39,004 bases of DNA from Octopus bimaculoides (Eukaryota). A program made the position numbers and the translations under genes. The DNA lies in contig NC_068981.1 of the NCBI RefSeq assembly GCF_001194135.2, forward strand, positions 71,159,774-71,198,777, given 5' to 3'. The notes under the pieces are model-generated. The model did no database searches and was not told the DNA's origin. It was given only the letters and a program-made list of their open reading frames with translations. Positions 1-11,059 of this stretch are shown one piece after another (position 1 is the stretch's first letter; the number at the start of each line of letters is the position of its first letter).

Positions 1-88
1 TGCTCAAGAGTGGGCAGCAACAAAAAACCTATTTGTATATGCTCCACAAGGGAAAACAAGGAACATAGTTTACAATGAGGTGTTATAA
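1..88 (+). pseudogene. C-terminal end of a Helitron Rep/PIF1-helicase ORF (frameshifted)
   Basis: Reads CSRVGSNK then, after a one-base shift in the A6 run at 22-27, NLFVYAPQGKTRNIVYNEVL* (TAA 86-88). This matches the conserved Helitron helicase tail (CSRVG...LF..AP.GKT.N.VY.E.L*). A Helitron 3' end follows about 200 bp downstream. Confidence 0.8.
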
Positions 89-207
89 TCACAACAGCAA
101 GAAAGTATGTACATGATCACCTTCTTTTACGAAACTTCATTGACTTTCATATATTTATATTGATATACATATATATACGTGTGTTTGGGTGAGTGTGTGT
201 ATATACA

Positions 208-298
208 TCTCTATATATAAAGATGATGCGTAGTCTAGACGGTGTTTCTAGATTTCATTATTCTCTTTAACCCGGGCAACGCCGGGTATTTCTGCTAG
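208..298 (+). mobile_element. Helitron 3' terminus / possible 91-bp non-autonomous mini-Helitron
   Basis: GC-rich hairpin CCCGGGCAACGCCGGG (271-286) followed by CTAG (295-298) then T. A candidate 5' end TCTCTATATATAAAG lies at 208, preceded by A, which fits an A^T target. Confidence 0.75.
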
Positions 299-553
299 TA
301 TATATATACATATAAATCTGAATGGAAACGAATGTGTAACTGTATTTCCTTATAAATATATTTCTAAAAGTAATTGTAATTGTATTTCATATTGGAATTA
401 CAATTAAAATTTATATCTACATTTACGATTATTTTTATATTAACTGTTACTCTTACGTTTGGAAGTGTCTTTTCATTTGCATAGATTCTGTTCCGGTTAA
501 ATTTACATCCTCAATTATAAATTTTATTACATTTGTCATTGTACTTTCATTTC

Positions 554-794
554 TAATTATTGCGGCTTTTTTTCAACAAATTTTTATTCAACAGAAACAA
601 TAACAACATATAACAAAAACATCTTTAAATGATTATTCCGGAGCATATTCACCATCTACTTCAATTACTGCTTCCCATTTGCTTGACAGACGGCCATACT
701 GTCACTCTAAGATGTTTTTGTTAAATATTATTATTGTTTTTGTTGAATAGAATTTGTTGAAAGAAAAACGCAAGAATTATGCACCAACCCAATA
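554..794 (-). mobile_element. Mariner-derived MITE carrying the transposase C-terminal remnant
   Basis: The right TIR reads TATTGGGTTGGTGCATAATTCTTGCG.. on the minus strand (TA at 793-794, mariner-type TIR). A matching, outer-truncated left TIR lies at ~554-605. Minus strand ~633-700 encodes RLSSKWEAVIEVDGEYAPE*, a mariner transposase tail. Confidence 0.7.
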
Positions 795-1017
795 TTAACC
801 TTAGCATTTACAATTGTATTTACAAGTACATTCATAATTACAAGTCAATTTACAAATATAGTTACTGCATGTACTCTTACATTTTACAGTTACAGCTGCA
901 GATTGTCTTTTACTTTGTTTTGTTTTTGTTTTGTTTTTTGTTTGTTTTTTACATTCGCAATCACATGTATATCCACTTTTAAACTTATACTTGCAGGAGC
1001 ATTTAGATTATAGGTTA

Positions 1018-1521
1018 TACAGCGTGTTTCAAATGTCTATGTTACATTCTAAGAACTCTTATATCATGAACTACAAATGGTAGTATTATTGAACTGGTAC
1101 CATTTAAAAGCTAAAAGTGTCATGTTTTCTTCTGTAAATTTAATTTTAATTTACTTAATTAGATTTAATTTAATTTTGTTTCTTGTCTCTTTTCAGATCC
1201 AGTGATGTCATTCACAAAACAAGAGAAGTCATTTTGCGTCCTAGAATACGCTAAAACTGAATCATGGACACGTGTTCAACGCAAATTTCATACAACGTTT
1301 ACCAAGCACCCCTCCTCCTTAAATTTTGCAAACCAATTCAAAAGGGAACGTCTGTCAGGTGCCTGCTTGGTAAATGCTGTATGAAATTTGCGTTGAACAC
1401 GTATCCATGATTCAGTTTTTAGGACGCAAAATGACTTCTCTTGTTTTGTGAATTGCATTACTAGATGTGAAAAGAGACAAAAAAAAATTAAATCTAACTA
1501 ATTAAAATCAAATTAACAGAA
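1018..1521 (+). mobile_element. Tc1/mariner fold-back relic with transposase N-terminal HTH (DUF4817-like) fragment
   Basis: TA + CAGCGTGTTTCAAA TIR start at 1018-1033. The ORF at 1202 (MSFTKQEKSFCVLEYAKTESWTRVQRKFHTTFTKHP) resembles mariner HTH N-termini. Segment ~1131-1310 is repeated in inverted form at ~1360-1521. Confidence 0.7.
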
Positions 1522-1523
1522 TA

Positions 1524-1696
1524 GGCGTAGGAGTGGCTGTGTGGTAAGTAGCTTGCTTACCAACCACATGATACCGGGTTCAGTCCCACTGCATGGCACC
1601 TTGAGCAAGTGTCTTCTACTATAGCCTCAGGCCGACCAAAGCCTTGTGAGTGGATTTGGTAGACGGAAACTGAAAGAAGCCCGTCGTATATATGAG

Positions 1697-1729
<33 letters not shown>

Positions 1730-1871
1730 ATGTGTATGTGTCTGTGTTTGTCACCCCAACATCGTTTGACAACTGGTGTGTTTAAGTCCCCGTAACTTAG
1801 CGGTTCGGCAAAACAAACTGATAGAATAAGTACTAGGCTTACAAAGAATAAGTCCTGGGGTCGATTTGCTC
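1524..1871 (+). mobile_element. Octopus-type tRNA-derived SINE with internal (TA)/(TG) microsatellite
   Basis: Head GGCGTAGGAGTGGCTGTGTGGTAAG (A box) and GGTTCAGTCCC (B box-like). It is colinear with the copies at 29034 (+) and 15088 (-). Confidence 0.85.
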
Positions 1872-2289
1872 AGAGACATCAGAGACAAGAATTTAATCAA
1901 AATGTGACTAACAGCGGTCCATGACTGGAGTTTAACCAATAACTATGCAATAGCCCCATATGTCCGAAATTTCGAAGCAAACAAAAGTAAAACAGAAAAC
2001 ACAGAGAAAAAGCAAGGAATATCCCAGAGGTATATAAATGCTCATCAATAACTAATAATTTTAGACAGTAGTAAAGCAATTCAGTTGGGTTCCCGTCACT
2101 TATTGAAAGCTTTCACACCTCCAGAAATAAACGATAAGTGAATATAAGAACGTGTGTGTTTTCGTAAGTCGATATAAGAGTTCTGTCATGAAGTGATTGA
2201 TTCAGTTTAGCACATTTTCAAATAAAGCACTGTTTTGTGGGGCAGTATGAACAGTAAATGTAAATGTAACAGTAATTGCACCTGTAAAA

Positions 2290-2480
2290 AAACACACACA
2301 CACATGCACATACACCCACACATACATGCATACATACATACATACATACATGTCATTATTCACTTTTTTTCAAGATATCCTGCCAATAGAGAAGGAGCCG
2401 GTTTCTATGTATGCATGCATGTATGTATGTATGTATTAGGTATGTATATATGTATGTATGTATCCCTGTATCCATGTATA
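2290..2480. repeat. Compound (CA)n/(TACA)n/(TATG)n microsatellites
   Basis: Directly visible tandem di- and tetranucleotide runs. Confidence 0.9.
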
Positions 2481-2730
2481 TGAGCAGATTTGTATGTTTT
2501 TATGTTTGTATTCTCATGCATATAGTTGCATGTCTAGACATGCTTATATATACTTAAATGATAAACTGGAAAGTTTTACAGATTTTTACAGTTCCAGTGA
2601 TGGCTTGGATTTGTACGTATGTATGTCATTATTCAATTTATTACAAGATTTCTAGCCAATAGAGAAAGAACCGGTTTCTAACCTAGATCCAAGGCTCCTT
2701 CATCGGAATTTCAGCATCAACAACAGGGTA
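2351..2730 (-). repeat. Partially duplicated interspersed repeat (2351-2407 and 2624-2730), probably PLE-related
   Basis: TGTCATTATTCA..CAAGAT..GCCAATAGAGAA.GA.CCGGTTTCTA occurs twice. The longer copy carries a hammerhead-like motif on the minus strand. Confidence 0.45.
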
Positions 2731-2802
2731 TTTCTCTCTCTCACTCCCTCTCTCTCTCCCCTCTCTCTCTCCCCTCTCTCTCTCCAACCTTTTGTCATTC
2801 TT

Positions 2803-3227
2803 NNNNNNNNNNNNNNNNNNNNNNNNNNNNNNNNNNNNNNNNNNNNNNNNNNNNNNNNNNNNNNNNNNNNNNNNNNNNNNNNNNNNNNNNNNNNNNNNNN
2901 NNNNNNNNNNNNNNNNNNNNNNNNNNNNNNNNNNNNNNNNNNNNNNNNNNNNNNNNNNNNNNNNNNNNNNNNNNNNNNNNNNNNNNNNNNNNNNNNNNNN
3001 NNNNNNNNNNNNNNNNNNNNNNNNNNNNNNNNNNNNNNNNNNNNNNNNNNNNNNNNNNNNNNNNNNNNNNNNNNNNNNNNNNNNNNNNNNNNNNNNNNNN
3101 NNNNNNNNNNNNNNNNNNNNNNNNNNNNNNNNNNNNNNNNNNNNNNNNNNNNNNNNNNNNNNNNNNNNNNNNNNNNNNNNNNNNNNNNNNNNNNNNNNNN
3201 NNNNNNNNNNNNNNNNNNNNNNNNNNA
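2803..3227. other. Assembly gap (N run). Further gaps at 7569-7948, 15325-15678, 21296-21374, 24501-24774 and 35150-35159.
   Basis: N characters, mostly flanked by (TA)n or (CT)n microsatellites. Confidence 1.
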
Positions 3228-3678
3228 CATATATATATATTCTTTCTTTTCCTATATATATATATATATATTACATACAAAAATAAGAGGGATGACCAGC
3301 AAAAGTGGACTCCTATATGCTAGAAATAGATGCTGAATCATCTAACCACGAAAAAAATATATGTTCTCAGTAAAAATTCAGCGACACAACAGACTGTAAA
3401 AGGGCAAGACAAATGAAAAAATACTAAATAAAAACGATTAACCTACGTACCATGGTTTCACCTGTTAAAATTTACATAAGTAAATATCTGCAGGTTCGTC
3501 AGCATAGTCTGTCGATTTGCGATGGAAATTACATCGCAAAACAGTACAGGCAAGTGTCTGTACTTCCCCAACACCAACAAAAACAAGAACATACAATGCC
3601 GTACACACTTCAGCAACTCGGCGGTGTAGTAGGTAATGCAGTAGAAATGTACCTGAAACTATCAAATGTCGAATAATA

Positions 3679-3889
3679 ATTCTTTCCACCATAGGCACAA
3701 GGCTTGAAATTTGAGGGCGGGGACTTGTCGATTACATTGATCCGAGTACTTGACTCGTACTTATTTTATCGATCCCGAAAGGATGAAAGACAAAGTCGAC
3801 GGAATCGGCGGAATTTGAACTCAGAACGTAGCGAACGTACAGCTAAGCATTTCGTCCAGCGTGCTAATGATTCTGCCAGCTTGCAGCCT
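3679..3889 (-). mobile_element. Full-length tRNA-derived SINE (CORE-SINE-like) with 17-bp TSD
   Basis: Minus strand reads ..GCTGGCAGAATCATTAGCACGCTGG..GTTCTGAGTTCAAATTCCGCC..TTTCATCCTTTCGGGATCGATAAAATAAGTAC. It is flanked by identical TCAAATGTCGAATAATA at 3662-3678 and 3890-3906. Confidence 0.9.
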
Positions 3890-3914
3890 TCAAATGTCGA
3901 ATAATAGACCCCAA

Positions 3915-4205
3915 TCATAGTAGTTTCAAATTTTAGTAGAAGGCCAACAATTTCTAGGGAGTGGGTAAGTCAATTTATTTTATCGACCCCGAAAGGATGA
4001 AAGACAAAAGTCGACCTCGGCGGAATTTGAATGCAGAACGTAAAGAGCCGGAAGAAATGCCTCTAAGCCTTATGTCCGACTGTGCAATCAATTCAACCGA
4101 TTCACCAGCAACAACAATAATAATCCATTCTACTATAGGCACAAGGACTTAAACTTTTGGCAAGGGGATAAGTTGATTATATCGGTCTCAATGTTCAACC
4201 CGACA
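3915..4205 (-). mobile_element. Two further degenerate copies/fragments of the same SINE
   Basis: ATCGACCCCGAAAGGATGAAAGACAAAAGTCGACCTCGGCGGAATTTGAA at ~3981-4030, and a 3' tail fragment (TATAGGCACAAGG) at ~4134. Confidence 0.75.
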
Positions 4206-4624
4206 ATATCAAACTCGTATTCCTTCAACGCTTTCAATTTCTAATTAACTCAATAATCGCTATAATCCGCAATTTTTTAACCCTCCCTACCTTGTACTTT
4301 TAAATGCGCACACTACATATGCCACACCTGTATCTACATCAATAACACTGCAATAATCCTCGCTCTTAAGTCTCAGTGTTGTATCATCCAAAACTTTTGC
4401 TGCACGGCGCCAACATTATATACTACGAACTCTGCAAGACTTGTGTTCTCTACCTTAATGAGATGGCCAGTTGCATAGAAATCATCTTCACCCCTTCTCT
4501 GACAAGCTGTAACTTCTATTTCAACTAACCTTGTCACTCGATGTCTAGCATGTCTTTCTTACACAATATCACACTTCAAGAAACAGACATAGCAAAGAAA
4601 GAATACATATATATAATATAAGAT

Positions 4625-4705
4625 ATGCATGTGTGTGCGGGGAGTGCGTGTGTGTATGTATGTATGTATGTATGTATGTATGTATGTATGTGTGTGTGTA
4701 TGTAT
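4625..4705. repeat. (TG)n/(TATG)n microsatellite
   Basis: Visible tandem repeat. Confidence 0.9.
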
Positions 4706-6019
4706 AACATTATATACAGAATTTGGATCTTTTCTACTATAGATATACATGAAGATTTTCTTTCATTGCTTCTTAACTCCATCCCACTTCTTAAAGAAGC
4801 ATTGGACGTTATGTCCAATGCATTTATAAAAGTAAGAGTGGAGTGGAATTGGTAACTGGGGCAAAATGAGTAATTTCTGATTTCCTTTTTATTTTCTCCC
4901 TGCCTACTTCAAACCATTACAGTTTAAGTATTGTATCATCATTCTGTACTGTTGTATCATCTTCGGAACATAGTCAAGTGACTAGTAATTTCTTTCTGGA
5001 AAATTTCTCTCGACTTTGACCCGAATGTAATTGAGATCACTAATAAAATATCTGAATAATTTTGGGTGTTTAACAATCAATATTCTTTTCTCTCATGGAT
5101 TTCAAGTCAATTTTTCCCACACTAATGTCTAATTTGATCATTTTCAATTTTCAAAAAAAAAAAAAATGTCTAAACTGGGGCAAAATGAGTAATGACTAAT
5201 TTCAATAATTTCTTCACTTTAACTGAATACACATATTTAAATATATCAGGAAGAGAACCAATCTAGAATATTGTGAAGAATCTATAGATAATACTTTATA
5301 CTGAGTTTTTATAGATTTAGTGGAGTTTCGTTAATTTCATATCATGCGCCATTTTTCCATGATCCTCTTTTATTTGACCAAGACATATTTAACTTTTGTG
5401 GCATTTCTGATCTTTCTAATGTTTATCGATTTATATTGATGCATATGAGTCCTTTATCATATGTAATTTCGGAGAATTGAAGAAGCAAATTTACTTTATC
5501 TTGTCTTAAATATTTTGTATCATCTTAATTTGAGAACGGAGATAATTTTCTGAAATATGTCACAGTGTATTAATGCATTCAAAGGTCATTTGTTTAGCTG
5601 ATATAGTTTTTGTAAGGTAGTCAACATTTGTGAAAAAGTATTTTTTCTCTCAGAGTAAAAAATGCAGTAGATATTACTTATTGTGCCCCACCCCACCCCA
5701 CCCCTTACGTTTCTTTTAAATGTCATATTCTGTTATGTCTGCTAGCTAGTGAGAGCTGATAGCACAGCTTCAACAATCCACGATTATAAGTGACCTGCTC
5801 ATCTATATGATGCGTGTTTGTGCTCTTAACTATCCATATGCATACTTGTGTGTATACTAATGAGTTTGAATATTGCTGTTGATAAACTACTTATTGTGAT
5901 CACTGACCTAGCTTACAAAACAGCCTGTTTCCTTCTTATATTGACCTTTACTCTCCGTTTTAATCTGCCCTCACACTTATCACTCATTTCTTCTCCACCT
6001 AACCCTCTCGTAAATTCTC

Positions 6020-6055
6020 ATCTCTCTCTCTCTCTCCCTCTCCCTCTCTCTCTCT

Positions 6056-6090
<35 letters not shown>
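6020..6090. repeat. (CT)n microsatellite
   Basis: Visible tandem repeat. Confidence 0.9.
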
Positions 6091-6768
6091 AGTCTGTGTC
6101 TATCTCTCGCCACTTTCTCCCTCCAACTTGGCTTACGGGCATCCACGCTTCCTAAATTTCTGCCATTTGCTGTGGTTTCCTAGTTTCCAATTCGTATGTG
6201 CGATATTGTGTTAGTACATCCATTTATACCTTTGTAATAACCCATATTCTGAGAAAGCAATATACCTTCAATAACATGCACTCACACATACCCAAGCCAC
6301 AGAAATGAGCATGTATATGTATAATAGAATAAACTTATTAATTCAGTTAGATAGCCATCTATGGTTTATCCTATATTACGTTAAATTGCCAGAAACGAAC
6401 ACTGATGTTGGGTCAGCAATTTATTTATCCAACTAGCTGAAATGCCATTCATAAATTGTTAACAAGAATTAATAATTTAGTATAGGGTATTTATGCAAAT
6501 CGGATAATCCAGGAGCGAGATATTCATGCAAATTGATTTCTCTGAATGAAGAAAACATTTTACGATAGTTGCTATAAATAAAGTATAGCCATAGAATAGA
6601 AGTTGGTTGCTAATGAAATCCCAATAAAGCTGATCCACTTGATACTCCTTTCTTCTGTCCGCGGAAAACAAACATGTCTACAGCCGATTAGTACAGTCAA
6701 GTAAGAGTAATTCACATGCATTATTGGCTAATATCTATAGTTTATTTTGTTCTACATTATAATTCATG

Positions 6769-7548
6769 TATGGGGTTACTCTGGGTTTCTCGCTAATAAG
6801 GGGTTTAGCTTTACGGCCTGAGACCTCTTTAAAATATGGAGAGGAAAAAGTCACGTTTTTAAGGATAAAATCCTAGGTGGTTATCTCCCTTTGCCATTGT
6901 CCGTCGATCTTCAGCTGCGCTACCATCTTGCGGTCAGCAAAGCACCACGAAAGTAAACGATTGTCTCAAAGAGGTTTCAGGCCAGCAATGTTCGGGGTCT
7001 GAAGATACGCCGTAGGGCTAAATCCCACATATGAGCGAGAAACCCAGGTTAACCCCATAAGCCGTCCTACCCCACTATAGTATTAATTGCTCTACATCTT
7101 AGAATGCGCTTTTCCTCCGGATTTATGTATTTCTACAAACGAGATATCTATCTATATATATATTAGACAAAAATAGATAACAAAGCCAAGGCTGTGAAGA
7201 GTTTTCAAGACATTTATAGGGAAAGAGATATAAATATAGCTTTACAGCTGTTTCTAGGATATTATGGATATCCCTTTATCAGAGACGACGTGAGATGGTT
7301 AAAATATGGAAGGGGGGAAAGTCTCGTTTTAAGGGTAAAACCTTAGGTGACTATCTCCCTTTACCATTGTCCATCGATCTTCAGCCGCGCTACCATTTTG
7401 CAATCAGTAGAGCACCACGAAGGTAAACGATTGTCTCAAAGAGGTCTCAGGCCAGCAGTGTTCGGGGTCTGAAGATAAGCCGTAAGGCTAAACCTCTTAT
7501 GAGCGAGAAACCTAGGGTAACCCCATAGACCGGCCTACCCCACTATAA
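6769..7548 (-). mobile_element. Tandem partial copies of a Penelope-like terminal-repeat unit (6769-7078 and ~7165-7548)
   Basis: A ~250 bp segment (AAAATATGG...CCTACCCCACTATA) is present twice. The second copy carries a minimal hammerhead-like motif (7239-7286, minus). The first copy begins with an inverted duplication of its own distal end. Confidence 0.6.
7239..7286 (-). ncRNA. Degenerate minimal type-I hammerhead ribozyme motif
   Basis: Minus strand: GUCU-CUGAUAA-A-GGGAUAU-ccaua-AUAUCCU-A-GAAA-CAGCUG-UA^AAGC. It has a 7-bp stem II, a palindromic stem III (ACAGCUGU) and a GUA cleavage triplet. G8 is mutated to A and stem I has one mismatch, so it is probably inactive. Confidence 0.6.
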
Positions 7549-7967
7549 TATATATATATATATATATANNNNNNNNNNNNNNNNNNNNNNNNNNNNNNNN
7601 NNNNNNNNNNNNNNNNNNNNNNNNNNNNNNNNNNNNNNNNNNNNNNNNNNNNNNNNNNNNNNNNNNNNNNNNNNNNNNNNNNNNNNNNNNNNNNNNNNNN
7701 NNNNNNNNNNNNNNNNNNNNNNNNNNNNNNNNNNNNNNNNNNNNNNNNNNNNNNNNNNNNNNNNNNNNNNNNNNNNNNNNNNNNNNNNNNNNNNNNNNNN
7801 NNNNNNNNNNNNNNNNNNNNNNNNNNNNNNNNNNNNNNNNNNNNNNNNNNNNNNNNNNNNNNNNNNNNNNNNNNNNNNNNNNNNNNNNNNNNNNNNNNNN
7901 NNNNNNNNNNNNNNNNNNNNNNNNNNNNNNNNNNNNNNNNNNNNNNNNGTATATATATATATCGACT

Positions 7968-8086
7968 CTCCACGAGGATGAAAGGCAAAGTCCACCTCGG
8001 CGGAATTTGAGTGCAGAATGTAAAAATGGGCGAAATGCCACTAAGCATTTTGCCCTGCCTGCTAACGATTCTGCTAGCTCGCCGCC
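7968..8086 (-). mobile_element. 5' half of the CORE-like SINE
   Basis: Minus strand GGCGGCGAGCTAGCAGAATCGTTAGCAGGCAGGGCAAAATGCTTAG...GCCTTTCATCCTCG; same family as 3679 and 35638. Confidence 0.85.
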
Positions 8087-8176
8087 CACCGTATTGTTAA
8101 TAATAATTATTATTATTATTATTATCCTTTCTAGTAAAGACACAAGGCCTGAAATTTTGGGGGTAGGGGATTAGCC

Positions 8177-8215
<39 letters not shown>

Positions 8216-8224
8216 TGGAACCGC

Positions 8225-8470
8225 GTTCGTTAGTGGTTAGTGATACGCTCATAATCGCAAGACTGTGGTTTCCTACTCCTGTAGCGGGCGATGCGTTGTG
8301 TTCTTGAGTAAAACATTTCGTTTCACTTTGCTCCAGTTCACTCTGCTGCAAAAATAAGTAATCCTGTGACGGACTGGCGTCCTATCCAAGGTAGCAGAAC
8401 GATATTTACGCCACAGAGTCCGGGAAACTGCCCTTGTGAGCATATTTCTCGGTAAGGGCCTTAGGTCCCT
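8225..8470 (+). mobile_element. tRNA-derived SINE of a different family (V-domain-like central region)
   Basis: Degenerate tRNA head, then TTGCTCCAGTTCACTC (shared with 20235-20515) and AATCCTGTGACGGACTGGCGTCCTATCCA, which resembles the V-SINE domain. Confidence 0.55.
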
Positions 8471-11059
8471 TTTTAATAATAATTGAATAAAGCGTTTTCA
8501 CATTCGTTACACTGAGTTCAACGCTGCTGCATTCTGACAAGAATGAATTCTTTATTCAAATTACTGGTTTAAATATATAGTCAACGAAGATTGTAAATAA
8601 TGAGATTCAAAGGATGATTAATACTTGGCAAGTTATTCAAATAAAACATCTGCGGATGAAATGAATGGTATATTTAGATGTCGGTTATACAGACAGTAGC
8701 TGACAACGTGATGTACATTGAAAAAAAAATAGACAGAAAATAAGAGGAAAGAAGACACAAAAGAAAGAGAGGTATAATGAAATATAGAAATATTAAGGGA
8801 AAAGATAGAAAAGACGGTAAAATGAATTAGCTCTGGGGGAGGGTTCAAAAATGAACAAGCGGGATTAAGATTGATATAATGTAGTCGGGAGAAGCTACTA
8901 TATATATATAAATGTAGATTTTATTAGTGGTATGTCTGGAAACATATAAGCCTGATTAGACACAAAGAGGTAGTGTTTAGAATTGCAGGTGTTATTAGAG
9001 GGTCGGATCGAAAGTAAATGAAAGGGTAAAACTGACTGCACACAAGAGGGAAAAGCGCAGAGGAGTAGAAATAGAATAATTAAAAAGAATGCAATGTAAA
9101 GAAGGGACAGCCGAATGTGTAAATGTGTAAAACTGCAGGGAAAGTGTTAATTGATGTTTGAATAAATTATATACAAATATGATAGAATGCAATAAAATGC
9201 AATATACTGCATTGCTAAGACACACTAAAATAATAAAAGTACAAATAAAATCGAATACGACAAAATGCAATATAATTAATCGAATGCAATAAGACATTAT
9301 TAATCAAATATAATTAAACAGCTGCGGTAAAGAGTAAAGTAAGGTAACATTTGATGTAGTAGATAGATGCACAAGACTCAGCTGATAGACTCGAAATATT
9401 TTGCTAATATTCAGAGAAAGACTGGAGGGAAACATACTTTTTACCAGTACCTTTTTCTTTTTCTCTTTTTCTATTTGTCATCTTCAAAATACCTTTGTTC
9501 AATATTTAGCAACTAAATACTGTGATACAAAATGCACGTCAAAAAAGGCAACTGTACATATCCAAAGGATACTTAGAGAACTTCAAGGAACTTCTAAGTA
9601 TTTGAAAAACTTCCAGAGAAGTTCTAAAAGAATTCCTTGAATAAAATAGCAGTGTAATTATCCTGAGGATGAAATGAAGTTTCTTAGGGTTAACTTGCTT
9701 TCGTGACAGTATTATGAAAGTATCTTCTTTTTCTAATTTAGTAGCTTGCTGAGCGACGTCAAGATACATAAAAAATATTCTCACTACTACATAAACAACA
9801 CTATCCCCATCATCTTCGATATGATTTGTCACAGTACTATTAATACTATTGTTCTTTAATGCAATTTATTGTATTTGAGTTATCTTGTGTATGGCACCTT
9901 ATTCTATTCAATTGTAAATACTGTATTTAATTCGGTCATTTAAAAACTAATTAATAGTTTCTCTATTGTATTTAATTCGGTCAATAAAACACCAATTAGT
10001 AGTTAATATTGATGTGCTTCCAATTCTATTTCTTTAAGTCTTTCTTTTATTATGCTGCTTTCTTCATATATCTTTCTATTTCATTTCTACTTACACCTGT
10101 TTTTTTCCCTCTTTGTATGCAGTCATCATTACCTATTCATTTTCACTTTCTGGTTGAGAAGTGGTATATCTTTTCTCTAAATGTCAATATGACTGCGTGT
10201 AATTGCTCTTAAGGTCGTGTTCTATAAATACTAAATTCCTTTCAGTTTTTGTTATCAGAGACATTTTCCGTTAATACTGACACAATTATTTTGTTAATTA
10301 ATAGACGTTCATGATAGTTTCGTTTGTTATATTTGTTACATCGGAAAAACAGCTTTCGATGTTGTTCGCACAGCTCTAACTAAATCCAGTGTTCTTGCGA
10401 AATATATTTATAACTCAAATAACCCATTAGGAAGCACTTCTGTATTAGTTTCAAGTGAGTTTTGGCTATGAAGAATGTCACACTCAAGCTATACAGCGGA
10501 TTATATCAGATAATGATGCACTTACGCAACTCTTTAACATTTTCAAGACTTCGCTATGGAATCCACCCTCTTAAATGAGTTTTTATGATAGAGATTTGCA
10601 TAATTAAAGCATATTACGTCTAAGTGCTAGTGATACGGTAGATACTAGTATTTACAAAAGCATTTATTATTATGGAGTTTCATTGAAGAACTTGCTAATA
10701 AGAAATGCTTTGGATCTTTCTGAATTGGCGGGCACCACTTTTCATTTATGTTTTATGTAGTGTTTTTGGTACCGAAGCACTTTCAAGCTTCGTATACTTG
10801 TATATTTTGTGTTATAGAACAGATAAAAAATTTTGTATTCGAAGTTATTTCATGTAAAAAATTGTCGTATTTCGGTAATTTAAACCAATCACTGACGTCT
10901 ATTGAGGTGCAAACAATTACTGCTGTGAATTGTGAACACCACACGTTGTACGGTGTAATGGGATCTTTTCCCTTGAATAAAATTAGTGCCGTTGTTTGTC
11001 AACAACAACTATCAGCGGTACTGATATTTGTAACATCGTTCGTGCGTTTGTACTGGTTT

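Noticed and set aside
1524-1600. tRNA genes at SINE heads (1524, 19380, 29034, 35638)
   Set aside because: They have A/B-box-like motifs but no complete cloverleaf, and they continue into SINE bodies.
2700-3286. ORFs spanning N runs (also 7512-8143, 15159-15915, 24324-24880)
   Set aside because: They are open only because N codons contain no stops.
8945-8990. CTGATTAGACAC..GTGTTTAGAATTGCAGG as a hammerhead
   Set aside because: Both conserved core halves are altered, so it cannot be distinguished from chance.
9539-9832. 97-aa minus-strand ORF (MTNHIEDDGDS...)
   Set aside because: It has a non-ATG start, no recognisable motif and no supporting splice or homology evidence.
10298-10574. Coding-looking stretch with YICYIGKT (GIY-YIG-like)
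   Set aside because: The frame closes after 57 codons (TGA 10469-10471), has no start codon, and lacks the downstream R..EH motif, so support is insufficient.
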